Assembly: GCA_002633005.1 (NCBI GenBank)
Contig: NMRA01000179.1
Location: 70,254 to 134,253, forward strand
Reading direction: 5' to 3'
Length of the DNA: 64,000 nucleotides
Origin: Phoronis australis
Lineage: Eukaryota > Animalia > Phoronida
In this document: one piece after another, positions 50,280 to 63,514 of the stretch
How positions within the stretch are numbered: position 1 is the first letter of the stretch
Layout: every line of letters begins with the position of its first letter
Notes under the pieces: model-generated
The model's database searches: none
The model's input: only the letters and a program-made list of their open reading frames with translations
What the model was told of the DNA's origin: nothing
Made by a program: the position numbers and the translations under genes

Positions 50280-53200
50280 GGAGGCTGTACTTTGTTCTTC
50301 GATACCATGACTGAACTCTAAAATTACACGCCAGGCAAAACGAGCTTGCGAGTGAGGCGGTATCCGAAGGTCATGTGATTTCGTAGGCTAGGAAGTCGCA
50401 TCACCGGCCTCGTCGATTTTTGGAGAAATCAAAACAAAAACTCGTTCACGTGAGAGAATCGAGCTATTTTTGGGGGTTAAGTTCCAAACAACTATTGAAG
50501 TGTTTCTGGCATGTATTCGGTAATTCTGTTCAGTTTTGCGCCTTTTAAAATCTGGGAAATCCATTTCATTTGAAAAATTGTTGACTTATTCACGCCTCCA
50601 GTCTTGAAACAATTGTTGACGGCATTAATTTGCATAACATTTAGTTTGATGAAGTTTTTAATGCAAACGACGCGGGAAAGGCATCTTTAACATTCCTACC
50701 AACGCAATCTAAGCTGAGGAATGTTGAACTATGTAGGCATTTCTAGTTCATGCAACAATACCGGACCTGGTTTTCATCCCACGAAAGTCCAGCACGACCG
50801 CTTGGAAATGCCAGATATTCGTCAATTTCAGTTTTACTGTTCGGCAGCCGGAGGCACGAAAACCTAAAAAGGAATCAGAGCAAGACATGTCTGTAAGGGC
50901 GAAGATGTGTTTGCCGACGTCATTCCCTTGGATAAGCGTTCGTTCTTCACATGACATGTTTGTAATTAGTGTATAGCAAAGTTGTTTCAGTCTTTCTTAG
51001 TCTTCGTTCTTCGCCTTTCAACTGGAGTAAAAACCACGCTTTCATTGCGTGTACCCACCTGTGGCGCGGTCATTGAGGCGAGTTTGGTGATATCTCGCAA
51101 GTCTTCGAGGGATATCTTTATGTACAAAACTCACCACATGACCGCACTATCTTTTACATCTGATTTCCCTAAATATGCATATCGTAATGTTCACGTTACT
51201 GCTTGTGTCTCCATTGTCGGATTTACACTTTGGGGACCGGCATCACTTCTGAATTTGCAACATGCAGAGCCTACACGTACTTTATCAAATTCCTAGAAAG
51301 TGCGACAAAACTTAAAAAAACAATTTCAGTGCAAAAAAATCACTAATAGCTTTAAATTGAAAACGACGAGATTTACAGATTGCAAAGCTGTCCGTTTTTG
51401 TGTTCATGATTTCAAGATGATCGAAGAATTGTTACAACTCTTTATATTGGGATTTATGATCTTCATTCATTAAGTTGGCTGTTCTTACTAATGTTATCCG
51501 GAGTGCTGTCATGTGCTATCAACTGTCAAACTGTATCGATGATAATACATTGAAGACAGTATTCTCATCCAACAGAGTGCGGATCGAGACTGTCGATGAC
51601 CTGTGTGCTGTGACAAACATGCCGTGATTTTCTCAGTGTTCCAACTGAAAGTGCCCTCCTGGATCAGGGCACCGCTGTGACACAATATTTCGTCTGTACC
51701 ATACGTTTCTCGACATTGTATTTTCAAATAAACACCACGCACTTGGCGTGTTTATACTGGCAGTTATTCAAAGAAGTTATGGTGATTATTCTAAAGCTGG
51801 GGCAACGACAATGTTGCGAAACGTTCAAGTACAGAAAACATGCAAAACACCCGTATACGACGCAGGTGTGGCCAATATATCTTTTAAACATAGAATATGA
51901 GGACTATAAATATACTCGCAAACGAGTGACTTCTACGAATTATTTTGAATGAAAAGTCGATGAAGTGCTGTGAATTTAACTTGGCCCATATACTTAAATA
52001 GCAGCCAGAGTCTCCGTCCGTGTTATTTCTAAATGCACGAACTGACATACTTGAAATGAGTGAACTCGTAGCTTTTGTGCAAATCCAGTCACGTCTTTTG
52101 AGAAATGCGTAAATTTGAGTCATTAGGCGGGTCACTTAGCCGGCGATTGATATTTCATTGTTATCCGTACTAATCTCCAATTGCCACTTCAACAATTGTC
52201 TTACTTGAATTATTACGTCCGGGGTTTGTACAGCAAATGCGTTAAGTATTGTTAGGCGATAAAGGAGTGTTACTGGATAACTGACAGGCTGTTTTGGGCG
52301 AACGCGTCTCAAAACATCCGGTATTCCGATTTTGTCCTCTTCAAATCTTTAAACCGCAAGAGATGCCACCCGATGTAACGCAAGACGGAATCTCGTCACC
52401 CTGTGACCAACACACACGCACACGCGTGTGATGTGGACTAGTAAATGATTGACTGGCTATTCCCTACTGAATCTTCTAGGAATCGAATAACGTTAAAAAG
52501 TGTTTTGGTTACCAAGTTTGTGGAAAACTGAAGACTAATGTCTGTGGTCAACCATGACAACAGCAGGGTGACCTGTCGTGAAATGTTTCTTTTCTAATTT
52601 TCAATTTGTCTGTGTACAATACATGCTTGAAAAATTGGAGGTATTGTACAAATGCTGGGTCCACGCCTAATCACACTGTCTTCTTTTCAGTGCTACGGAG
52701 CGTGGACACTCCTCCACTGTGAGAGGGGTTAACGCTCAGAATTATTCACGTTCTTGTCAAAAACATTTTCTTAGAGGTAAACTAATTTGGGGTTCAAGTG
52801 GGGGGATGGGGTGGGGAGTGGCAAGACACATCCCAAAAGAAATGTAGTTTTTATGGCTAACGGGGTGATTTTTCTCCGAAAATTGTGGTTGGTCCACCCT
52901 TACGCAATCTTAGATCAACCCAGGGCCGTAGCCGGGGGGAAGGGGGGTTAGGAGGGTTCGATCTAACCCCCGCCACGAAAAAAGGTCCAGCCCCAGCCTC
53001 TCCGTTACAGCTAGGATATAGATGGACAACAACAACAACAAAACTGTTGCAGCTACTCGTACTACTAACTACAATGACAGTATCGTGGTTGATAATTCAG
53101 CAATATTCCTACTTCATTCTCTTTTAGAATTGCAAGTTCGTACTCACTTTTTTCGTATTCTTAAGCCATGTCGGCAATTTCGCAATGCCATGCGCATGAA

Positions 53201-53340
53201 ATCCAAATAAAGTGTTTTATTTCCCGGGCGTTGCTTTCGGTATAGCTACAACACTGAGCTCATCTAATAACCGAAGTGTAGTTTAGTTTTGTATGCAGAA
53301 GTATAATAATTACACCTGGCTCCAAAAGTTTAGATATTTT

Positions 53341-53442
53341 CGGAGTATGTGAACCTTCGGAATAGTGAACCTTCGAAGTAGTGAACCTTTGGAATAGTGA
53401 ACCCTTCGGAGTAGTGAATATTCGGAATAGTGGGCTGTTCCC
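53341..53442 (+). repeat. 16-bp unit array (GTGAACCTTCGGAATA), probable subterminal repeats of a DNA transposon end
   Basis: About 5 units followed by GGGCTGTTCCC. Confidence 0.75.
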
Positions 53443-53643
53443 ATCTCCAGAGCGATGTAAGCAACTTACATGTAAGTAACACGTAAATAAAATCAGATAA
53501 ATAATTACGTCCTCGACTAAATATTTCCGTCCAAGCATGTAATGAGGTGTAATCACTCATTTGAGCACGACTTATTTGAAAGTATGGCAAGGGGTAACGC
53601 GAGAACGTTCTCGTGGGCTCGGCGTTCTGGTGAAAGTGACACG

Positions 53644-53821
53644 CATAATTACGCTCGTAAATCACGACCAAGATTTCGCTCGTGTTTTACGACCGAAATT
53701 GTTCGCCCATAATATTCTCGTAATTACGTCCAAGATTTCACTCGTGTTTTAAGACCGAAATCGTTCGTCCATAATTACTCTCGTGATTACAACCAAGACT
53801 TCTCTTTTAAGACCAAAATCG
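53644..53821 (+). repeat. Tandem repeat, about 63-bp unit x3
   Basis: CATAATTACGCTCGTAA..ACGACCAAGATTTC.CTCGTGTTTTA.GACCGAAAT repeated. Confidence 0.8.
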
Positions 53822-54526
53822 CTACATGTATATCCAATAAGAAATTGGTTTGTAGGTCACGTGAGATCTAAAGAATTTTTACGCTCGTATTATTCGCTCG
53901 TAATTTTAGCAAGCATAGTCATTATATTTAAGTACGAGTCCACGAGACCACCACCCAATAAATTAATATCCAGTTGATATTGTTTTTGGTATGCAAATGG
54001 TTTGTTATTCAAATGTCTTGAATAAAGAGCGAGTGATTTACCACCAACATTTAGAAGTTCTACAACACAACTCCACTGACAGCACCTGAAAGAGTGTGCT
54101 CCAGGCTAAGCCCACATTTTCTCCTCCTTAGTCCCACTTTTACTGCCACTGGCAGTGGCGACGAAATGGAAATGACGTCACTAATGTTTTTTTTCGAACG
54201 CAAGTTTCATTACACCATCATAAAAGTCACGATTATTGGTTGTGGTCGCTTGACAAAGGCTAGATTCTAATTTTTACTAAACAGTTATATCAACATCCGA
54301 TATGACAGTAACTTACACAACACTTTGTCATTCGAAAATTACAGTATTTAATTTACTTCTGATAAATGACCGGAACCCAATTTCCCTCGCCCATTACCTG
54401 TTGTGCCTATTTGCAAAAAACGTTCGTTTCCCTTTGTTGAAATGGCGCAAATAAAGAACGGGTAGTTAAAGCGTCATATCACACTAATTCTGTCAACAGA
54501 ACTAGCTGAGTTCGTGCATGTACAGG

Positions 54527-54602
54527 CATGACGTAGCTTGTCGCCACAGTCACGAGGTCTACATGTATGACGTAGCTTCCTGCCATAGTCACGAGGTCTG
54601 TG
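54527..54602 (+). repeat. 40-bp tandem duplication
   Basis: ATGACGTAGCTT...GCCA.AGTCACGAGGTCT twice. Confidence 0.8.
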
Positions 54603-55439
54603 TAATGAAGATAAATGAGAAAATGGTACTGGCAAAGAACGGGAAAGAGTCTTAACGTATGACCTAATAGAAGCATGCAGTATCGCAAGAACTCTCATCT
54701 TGCAATTGCCTTGTATGGAATCGTATTTTCCGGAAATAATCTAGCCATTTTCAATTGCTTTTGGCAAATATTATCAATAAATTTTGCCTCGGGTCTTGCT
54801 AGACTGCCGAGTGAGTTTGTTGGCTTCTCTTGTCAAAGAACTGCTTGACCTGAAGTTTCTTCTGTCAAAGCCCAAACAATGGTCATTCAATACTACTCCA
54901 AATATTTTCAAACTCAACTGAATTTCATCTGAATTTGTTGTTTAATTTTAATTTTGATTTTTGGTTCTACACCACCACCTAAAATGGCCACCTCAGTTAG
55001 TGACAGGCGGCTCAAGAATTATGGTCCCTCACTCATCTCGCGCCATACATGCATGTGATGAGGATTCCGCGGAAAACCCGCCCAGTTAAAAAATATCAGT
55101 GAAATAAGGCAAACAAAAACACGAAATGTTTATATTTTAGTGACGTCATTCGACTGACGAAAATCATCCTGTGTTCTAAATTAGTGTATGTAAAGGGAAT
55201 TGTGTATTTAATATTCTCTAATGTACACACGCCCATATCTGGCATAGTTTCCTAAGTCTTCATCGTTTCAAAGTGAATTTTTCTCGATAATCAGAAAGAC
55301 ACACAATTTGTATATTTTCCTCAATTGGAACTGCGTTAGACACCATGCTGTTTATCTGAACATACTGGAAACGGTAAGAAATATATAACTTATCAAAAAA
55401 AAAAAAATTAAAGATGGGATTGCAACCATAACATTTCGC

Positions 55440-57560
55440 TACCTCCTGTACTAAAAATTGGAGGATTTAAAAGGTCATCGCCTGCACAAATAATTTGGCA
55501 TCCTTCATAAAACTTAAATGATTTTGCCCTCACCCAATAAAAACCTCTCCTAGAAGTCTCATCGGGATTTGAAGTGAAACCTCATGAAGTAGAATAGACT
55601 TCAGAAAGTTATAAAGAGAACAATCAAACACAAAATGTAGCTCATCCTCCGCAGAATCGGTGTTACAACACAAGCAAGGTCTTTTGCTTACAGGAGTGTT
55701 TGCATAACGACAAGTTTCCAAGTGCAATGGGAGATTTCCTTATCTAAACTGGGACAAAAGAGATCGCTCGGAACGAGAGAAATTAAGCTTCACATACGGT
55801 TCGGTTACAAACTCGTGCTTAAATAAAATGTAGGTTTTTAACTTGGATTTGTTACAACAGACTCAGCCCAAACATGTTTCGAGCATTCAAGTAGTTTGTT
55901 TCTAGCCTCTACTATGTTACAAGTAGTCAAATTTTGAAATCAGAATTGCATGGCAAGTATGTTAAACAATTTTTGATGCCGTCTATCCATCCATTTCTAC
56001 CAACAGAGTACCCCTCTAGAAATTTCTTTTTCAATAACCTATCATCACCTGTGGTCACTAATTTGTTCCAAAGACGCAACATATTCAATTTAAATCTGTT
56101 TCCGGTCGAGTTCCACCCCATGTCACCACTAACAGCATGGGTGGCTGAAAATCGGTTGACCCTTAGATAAGAACGCATAGTTCTGTTTTGAATATTTTCA
56201 CCATTACCAAAATTTTCGTAACCCCAAACAGATGACCCGTAATCCAAAACTGGTGCCACACACGAATTAAATAATGTTTTAAACGTTTCGAATCCTAGAT
56301 TCTTGTTATCACGGAATGTTGAGCATATCTTCCCTAATATAACGCTCTACCAGAAGCTTCTGATAAGGTATTCAGATTTTCTTTGAAGCCAAGGTGTTGA
56401 TCCAGAATACCGCCTAAATATTTCTATGAGGACTTATAACTAACAACAGTGTTTAGAATAAATTCAAAATTGGATCTAGGCATAGCCCTAGCTCGAAAAT
56501 GGACAACGTTAGTTTTTGCCGTGTTTACAACCATTCTCCACTTTTTTCATCAGTTGTTTACACATCATTTTCAATTTCAAACGCAAGTGCAATATCGTCG
56601 GCGTAAACTATGAATTCAAACATTGTTTGGGCCACATTTGACGCCTTTAGCCAATTTTTTAATTTCCAGAGCTAAGTCATTTATATATAAGGCAAAGAGT
56701 GTAGGTGATAAAACTCCCCCTAACGGACATCATTTTCAGGAGTGAACCAACCGGCCACTGTACAGAGTGCCATTTAGTCGGATATAGTTCTCTAATCACC
56801 GGATTTCTGTAAATCACACGCTATACATTCTACCATTAATATTATGTTGCAGAAACTTAAAAAACAGAATTTCATGTTTCGTCCGGTCAAACGCTTTTAC
56901 ATGTCCACAAATGTCATAAAATGTAGACTTTCTTGTTTGAATTATTGATGACAGGACATATAAATGATCAATACAGGACTGTTGGCTTCGAAAACAATTT
57001 TCCTCGTCAACTAAAATATTGTTCTGCTCGCAGAAACCCGCAATTCTATTAGTCAAGGCGAACTGAAGAATTAATACATGTAAATATATAAGAGAAGTTC
57101 TGTAGAATTCTTAGGTATGGATTATAATTGACATTATACCAATCAGAAGCCATTAACGCACGTTTAAAAGATTCATGAAACAAACGGGTTAGAAAAACAG
57201 CAACAAATTCGAATCTTAGCACCTCATCAGGTATACATGTACAGTCATAGCCGACCACTTTGTTATTATTAGTTTCATTAAACGACATTTCTAACCTCAT
57301 CAGTAGATATTTCACAATTTAAGTCATGCTCAGTTAGAGCAATCGCAGATTTATGTTTTCCAAATAAAGTTCATCATCAAATAATTTATTTTCAAAACTG
57401 CTTGAAATAATTGTTATTTTCATTCATCTACAACAAAAATTCTTCTAGAGTATATTTTACTGTTTGAATCCAAGACTTCCAGGGGAACTTCACTGAACTG
57501 CTTTGATCCCAGTTTTAAAACATATGCTTAGAAATTCTTAGGATTGATAGTATTCAGATT
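55440..57560 (-). mobile_element. Decayed non-LTR retrotransposon (LINE) ORF2 remnant, RT domain plus C-terminal CCHC-like region
   Basis: Minus-strand motifs ENCFRSQQSCIDH, KAFD, VR*GGVLSPTLFALYINDL (about 56670-56730), YADDI (56591-56605), PVLDYGSSVWG, LHLETCRY...CLCC...EDELHFVFDC; many stops and frameshifts. Confidence 0.9.
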
Positions 57561-58527
57561 CTAAATTTGGAACTGTGCACGCTCGATCTTATGTTGCATG
57601 CTCATGGATGTCAATATGATTCCATTCACTAGGTGACGCGACCATCTCGCCCACAAGTCGGCTTGCTTTGCGTGAACTTGGAATCCTGCCTAATCTCAAG
57701 ATCGCGTATGCGTGAATTTGGAATTGAATATTCATTTGGGCAATCAGGTGAAAGTTTTTGTTCAGTGTAAAGAATTTTTGTAAATATTGCCTCATGATTA
57801 CCCATTTCTCCTCAAGTGTAACTGATGTCAAAGAATCGGATGAATATGTGAATGGTTAACTCAATTATTGTTTTGTGAATAAAATCACCAATAGTTGAAA
57901 AATGATCCTTTGAAATTTACGTTATTTATTTAACATGTAATTTGATTTAGTGCAGTTTAAATTTTTGCCAATGTGAACGTGATTATTTGAGTGAACTTGT
58001 CAAGTTTCTCGTGTATTCCAAGTTCATGCATACGCGATCTTGAGATTCAGCAAGATTCCAAGTTTACGCACAGCAGGCTTACCAAGAAGTGTCAAACAAC
58101 CTGTCGGGGAAATCGATGACATTTCGTGATTCCCCTCAAAACAGTTTGGCAAAGTCATAGTTTTCGAGAAAGGGAAGAAGAAAACGGTATCAAAACAGAA
58201 ATGGCCGCATTGCATTTCTTTTGATGCCTGACATTACACGATTTTCCTGCTTCCTTCGTCTGAAAAACTACCACATGCGGAGATAACCAGATACGAAGCC
58301 TGCTCCTCGAAAAGACTATTTGGCTTTTGTCTTTTGACTTTAGCCAAAAGACAAAGATCTGATTGCGAACATTAAAAAGTTGTATTTTGAACTTTGCATT
58401 TCTTGAAAGGTTTTACCTTCTGCCTTTTGACCTCGAGTTGATGGCAAATTTTCAGCCTTAGCCTGTTTTTGGGGTGAAACAAGGCTAAGCCACAAGTGAA
58501 CTGGTTTTAGCCGAAGGTCAAAGGTCA

Positions 58528-61500
58528 TTAGACTCTTCCAGAAACAAGCACCGGATCTAAGTAAACAAAAAGCGCTGGTGTTTACTTGTGCAGAAGTAAA
58601 TGAATCTGACGTCACGAGAAATGCACAAACAATTATCGTTGAATAAGCCATTAATTAATTCTAATTACGATATAATAAAAAATAATTTAGTATAATCAAA
58701 GAATTCTAAAATGCGCAGGAATGTTTTCACTGGGTCTCCTGTTATGTCTCAGGAAGGCAAGGTTAATATTTGAACTGCTTTGTTCCATAACGGGTCAGTC
58801 GAAATACCTTCATCTAAACGCTGTCGATGGCGCCTGAGTTCTTCGTTTTCATATTCGTCGGAATCTTTACAGGACGGCGTTGCTTTTTCGTCCATGCTAT
58901 TTTCAATCGGACTGTGTGATTCGTGTTTTGTCGCTTCGTGACGCACAATTCTACTGTGTTCGGTCTTTGTAACAATCCCGCGTACTCGATAAAGAAGTTC
59001 TTTTTTGTAATCGATTAACTGTTGACCTATTCATTATGTGATTTCATAATTAGTATCGTCTTCACATATAACATTCACTGCACTCGCAGATAATGAATAA
59101 TTTGCAAATGTCGATTTAAAGTTCACCATGTACACGTACATGTAGTAATTACCCGTTTCACATTAGTCTATCGTTTCAAACTGCACAAAAGCATTTTGTC
59201 AATCAAAAACGGCCCATGGTCCTTCGCTAGCAAGCAATGTCAAATCTATTAATAAATGAAATCTGGCTCACATTGACTGCGTCCTTTGGTCTGGAACCGC
59301 GTTAGCCAAGTTCATATTGCGTACAGATGGACGCTACGTTTGAAACAAATTTAGGCGCGTATTTTTACGCACTTACACCAAGGACACCTGTTTGTTTTTA
59401 TTCGAACTAATTGGGTCTTGGGACGTCGGTAATTGTGAATGTATTTTAGCATTCATTTGACAGGAAGAGATAGATTTAAAAAGAATGCATGAACTCCGAC
59501 AGGCGCTTGTTCATTACGTGAACACGAACTCTAGTAATTCATTCGCCTTTTCATTTTTGCATTTACCACACGCAAAGAATAGCGTGAATACTACCTGTGT
59601 AATGGTAGCTATTTTTTGTACATTCATTCGTGGTAAACAGGTGCTGGAAGAGAGAAATATGCTTCATATGAAACAACGTTAATTAAATTTTGACTCATAT
59701 TGAAACATAAATTAAGAAAAATCAACTTCAATTAAGCTACATGTAAATGGCACATTGGTGCACTCAAGTCTGCTTTCATATTTTTGACATTGATAATGAA
59801 ATTCTATTAATATGTCATCTTATGTTTCAAAATCATTATCGAACGACTGTTAATTATATAGTCTCGTTTCCTTTTTTGAAATACATGTATCAAGGGAATC
59901 CATTATCGTACGTATTACTTTACATCTGCTCAACATCGAAACAACATAAAATTCCTTAAGGTGTTATCTTAGGCCGCGAGCACGTTGTTATGGTATCTTT
60001 TTGCGGCTTTTTTCAAACCACCTGGCCGCACAGATATACACGGTCCTATATTTAGTCTTCAATGTGGCATAGTGTTCTATTTTGGTATTCGAAGGAGAGT
60101 ATCTGTTAAACAGATACACTCGTCCGATTGTTCTCTGAGCATTTTGCATAACGGAGTTCTCTTTGTTCCTACCGTTTTAAGTATCATGTTGCCACCAGAT
60201 CTTTATCAGTTTGACTTATGAGTGACCGGACGTCCGGTTCAGTAGACTTTTTAGGCAATTGGACATCTGTCCAGTGGCGGATATAGGATATCACAAGGGG
60301 AGGCCCAACATTTTGCCAGTAAACATTTGCGCAAAGCAAACTGTACATGTAGATGCGTATAGCACAGAATGTTGGGAGGTCGGGAGGGGGGTTTGTCCCC
60401 GTCCCGCCCAGGAAAACTTTTCTGATTTGTCTCTAAAAATCCAGCATTTTCCTTGATTCCTGAAGTATTATCCAAGAAAAAAAACACGGAGAACGTGTCA
60501 AACTTGAAAAACTGCAATTACCACAGACTCGAACTCACGAACAGAGCGCGAATGCTTTACCACTGCACCACCACGATATATATATTGTGCAATCATTTCG
60601 TAACAAATCTGTTGTATTTAAAATAGTCTTCAATTGCCCATACGACGAAATCCGTTTTTTTGTGTTTGCATTAATGACGCGATTGCTTTGGAAATCGTCT
60701 TAAGTTAAGGTTTGACAAAGAGAGAATTATGAGTTTCTGAGTGATTCACAAAGGCTTCGATTAAAATTCACATCTTACCAGCAGCTTCTGTTTTTTCATC
60801 GTCACTCAGATTCCATTTTCTTTAAAAAATGAAGAATTTTCTTCATTGCACAGTGAAGCAGACGACAGAAACGGAGTCCTAGTGGGCAGCGCCACTGCCG
60901 GTCGCCTGGGAGTATCGCGGGAGAGCCTATACTCAGCCATAGTTCCGTTACGATTGCGCCGTGTTCCGAATTTGACACTTGAAATTGGATCTGAGCCCAC
61001 CCCCCAAACACACTAAAACTGGACACATTTAAATCTTGTTTTAGCCGTATAATGTTAATTACCGGGGTTAATGAACTCAACATTTCCCTACGCTCTTGCT
61101 GTTTTATTTTTTGCGGAAGCCAAGGGGGTGGGCGGGCCCCCAGCCCCCCCTAAATCCGCCTATGCTGTCCTTGTAAAAAATCCGTTTATTCATAAGCACT
61201 GGGAATGGGGTACATACATTGAAGCGGTATATGGGACGTTAAGCTCTGAAGGGTGACTTTTTCACGAGCAGTTTCTCTATAATTGGTTGCCTTTTTTGAC
61301 AATTTTTTTACGAAACGATAGAATTTCCGCTTTAATTACCTAGAAAGGGTATGTTTAGATAATTCAAAACTATGGAAAAATTAAAAATTTTCAACTACAC
61401 AAATTCGAAGAAGAGTTGTGGAATGGTATATGTTTCTAAAACTATGGTTTCAAAATATCTACTAATTTTTTACAGCAGTCCATCTCTTCATGAACTGGGA

Positions 61501-63514
61501 CTCCGCTTAATGAGTGACAAATTGAGCGTCCCAAGAATCCGTACGAAAGGGTTGATATATTTTTTATGAATCCATACAAAAGCGTGTCGTTTCTGGAACA
61601 AATCCTTGCGCCATGGGTGAATTTTCATGGAAGTTTGCAACTAATGGGTCGCTTTTTGAGCTCACTCTCTAAGTAGCTGTTTATACCAATTGTCCCTCCG
61701 CATGCGGCAAATATCCCCCCCCCCCTTACGAGGAAGGCAATGGGTATTTTGTTAACGACCACAATACCTCGAAACATAGGAGTTATGAATTATAAACAAT
61801 GTTTATAAAACATCAAAATACGTATCATTATCACGTTCTCACTGCTTATCGTCAAAATTAACGGATTTGCGTTACAACAATACTGACCCTGATTTAAGGA
61901 TCCTATTACAATTGATTCTGTCATAGCTTTTGGGCTTGGGTAGTGCCTCCTCTGAGAGAAAAACGTATTGCTCATATGAAACGTTTTCTTTAACTGTGTC
62001 ACATCATAAATCTTATGGTTCGCGGTCTGTACCCGGGGATACTTGACTATATTTTTGACGGAGGATCAGCTAGAAAATTAGGATACGCACCCATTCAGAG
62101 AGACGTATGTCAAAAGGACCTATTTAAAGGTAGCTTGTGTAAAGTCATCCTTAACTTGGTGTGTTTCGGAAACAACACCCTTTTTCAGGGGGTTTATTTC
62201 ATAAACTCAAATACTTTCATGGAGATTCTTGGTCAGATGTCTGTATTTACCCAAGTCGAGTCCTCTTAGGAAGAAATGGCATAAACAATTAGTTTACGAA
62301 CACTTTTTTCATGTGTGAAGTTGAACAGCCGGGAAAGAAAATCCTTTTATAGTGAATTAAATAAGAAAATACACCCTTTTGTATTGTAATTGGTCTCGGT
62401 TGCAATAAATTCATCCATCCAATTGACACGTCCTGTAAACTTCCTCCCTAGAAACTACCTCTGCTTACCGATTTATAAAACTTTGTAAATGCAGGTAGAT
62501 TTCAAAATATGCTTCAAAAGTCTTGTGGATGGGCAACATTTACTTAGAATTGTTTCGTTTCAAAAGAATAAAGGCCATTCTAATGGACCTTCCGCCATTG
62601 GAACTAGCTTTTCATTTAAACAACTTACCGCTGTAAACTAGTTTTCACCTCTTTCTCACTCATATGAGAGAAAATTACAGGGAACAGCAAGAACTGGCAT
62701 AGTTTGAGACTATGCGCAATACATAACTTGACCCGCCGTGACCAACTTAATCCCAAAACAGTGCTTAAAGACCGCCAATAACCTTGTCAATGGGAGCGCT
62801 TGCACAATTTTCTCCACTAGGATCGCTACTAACGTGGTCGCCTCGTGAATTTGGGTCGGGTTTATTTGTAGGTAGTTTCTCCTATATTACCAAGTGCTAT
62901 GTGAAGGATTAAAAAAAATGTTTGATCAATACTCACTTTCTGAAGCTCTTACGTATTTTATTCAGCAAAATACATAGGCGGATGCAGGGGAGACGTCCAA
63001 CTATGGACCCGGAACTCCATTTTCGCCAAAGCGGCAAACAACAGTCACAGGAAAAAGACAATCTTTTTCGTTTCTATAGACACAGAGATTGCGGCACTAA
63101 CTAATATTGCCGGTTTTCTACTTATTGTTGGTAACATATATTTCTCTGCAGAAACCTATCGTGCTACTTCACCCTCCTCTTTCGTAAAAAACTGGATCCG
63201 CCTTTGATTACTTAAAGACTATTACAGTTGAAACAGAGCGGTTCATTTCCTTCTGCCCGACATCGGCTGCAAAAAACATTTGCATTTTGGATGGATTTAC
63301 AATAATCTTTTGCAAAGAGATACTTAATTGGGATTTCCTGTATCCAATAACGGGTTCTTACTGTAGTCTCTGTAAGACATCAAATAATATGTGTACTGAA
63401 CCGTCAGCTAAGAGCTCGTGTACCGCAATTCATGACGCGTTTTCTTACCATTGGCGGAAGGGGGGTCTAGTGGGCACACGTGACTCGTATTATTAGATGA
63501 ATATGGAAACTTTA
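58528..63514 (-). CDS. 3' part of an unidentified multi-exon protein-coding gene
   Basis: Phase-compatible GT-AG exons 63514-63449 (1 to 1), 61951-61888 (1 to 2), 59643-59595 (2 to 0), 59018-58808 (0 to 1), 58556-58528 (1 to TAA), most with good polypyrimidine tracts. Product ...KFPYSSNNTSHVCPLDPPSANEEALPKPKSYDRINCNRILKSGTCLPRMNVQKIATITQLIDYKKELLYRVRGIV...EELRRHRQRLDEDPVLVSGRV*. AATAAA (minus) at 57925-57930. Confidence 0.55.
60272..61164 (+). mobile_element. TIR family A, copy 3 (ungapped, 893 bp)
   Basis: CAGTGGCGGAT...ATCCGCCTATG, TSD CTGTC. Confidence 0.88.
60521..60576 (-). mobile_element. tRNA-like Pol III head (SINE fragment) inside TIR family A copy 3
   Basis: Minus strand A-box TGGTGCAGTGG and B-box GAGTTCGAGTC; too short for a full tRNA. 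Confidence 0.5.
62973..63206. mobile_element. MITE with termini related to family A
   Basis: CATAGGCGGATGCAG ... CTGGATCCGCCTTTG. Confidence 0.6.

Noticed and set aside
58340-58651. ORF with signal-peptide-like start MAYSTIIVCAFLV
   Set aside because: Weak hydrophobic core; overlaps the intron and terminal exon of the phase-consistent model in a different frame.
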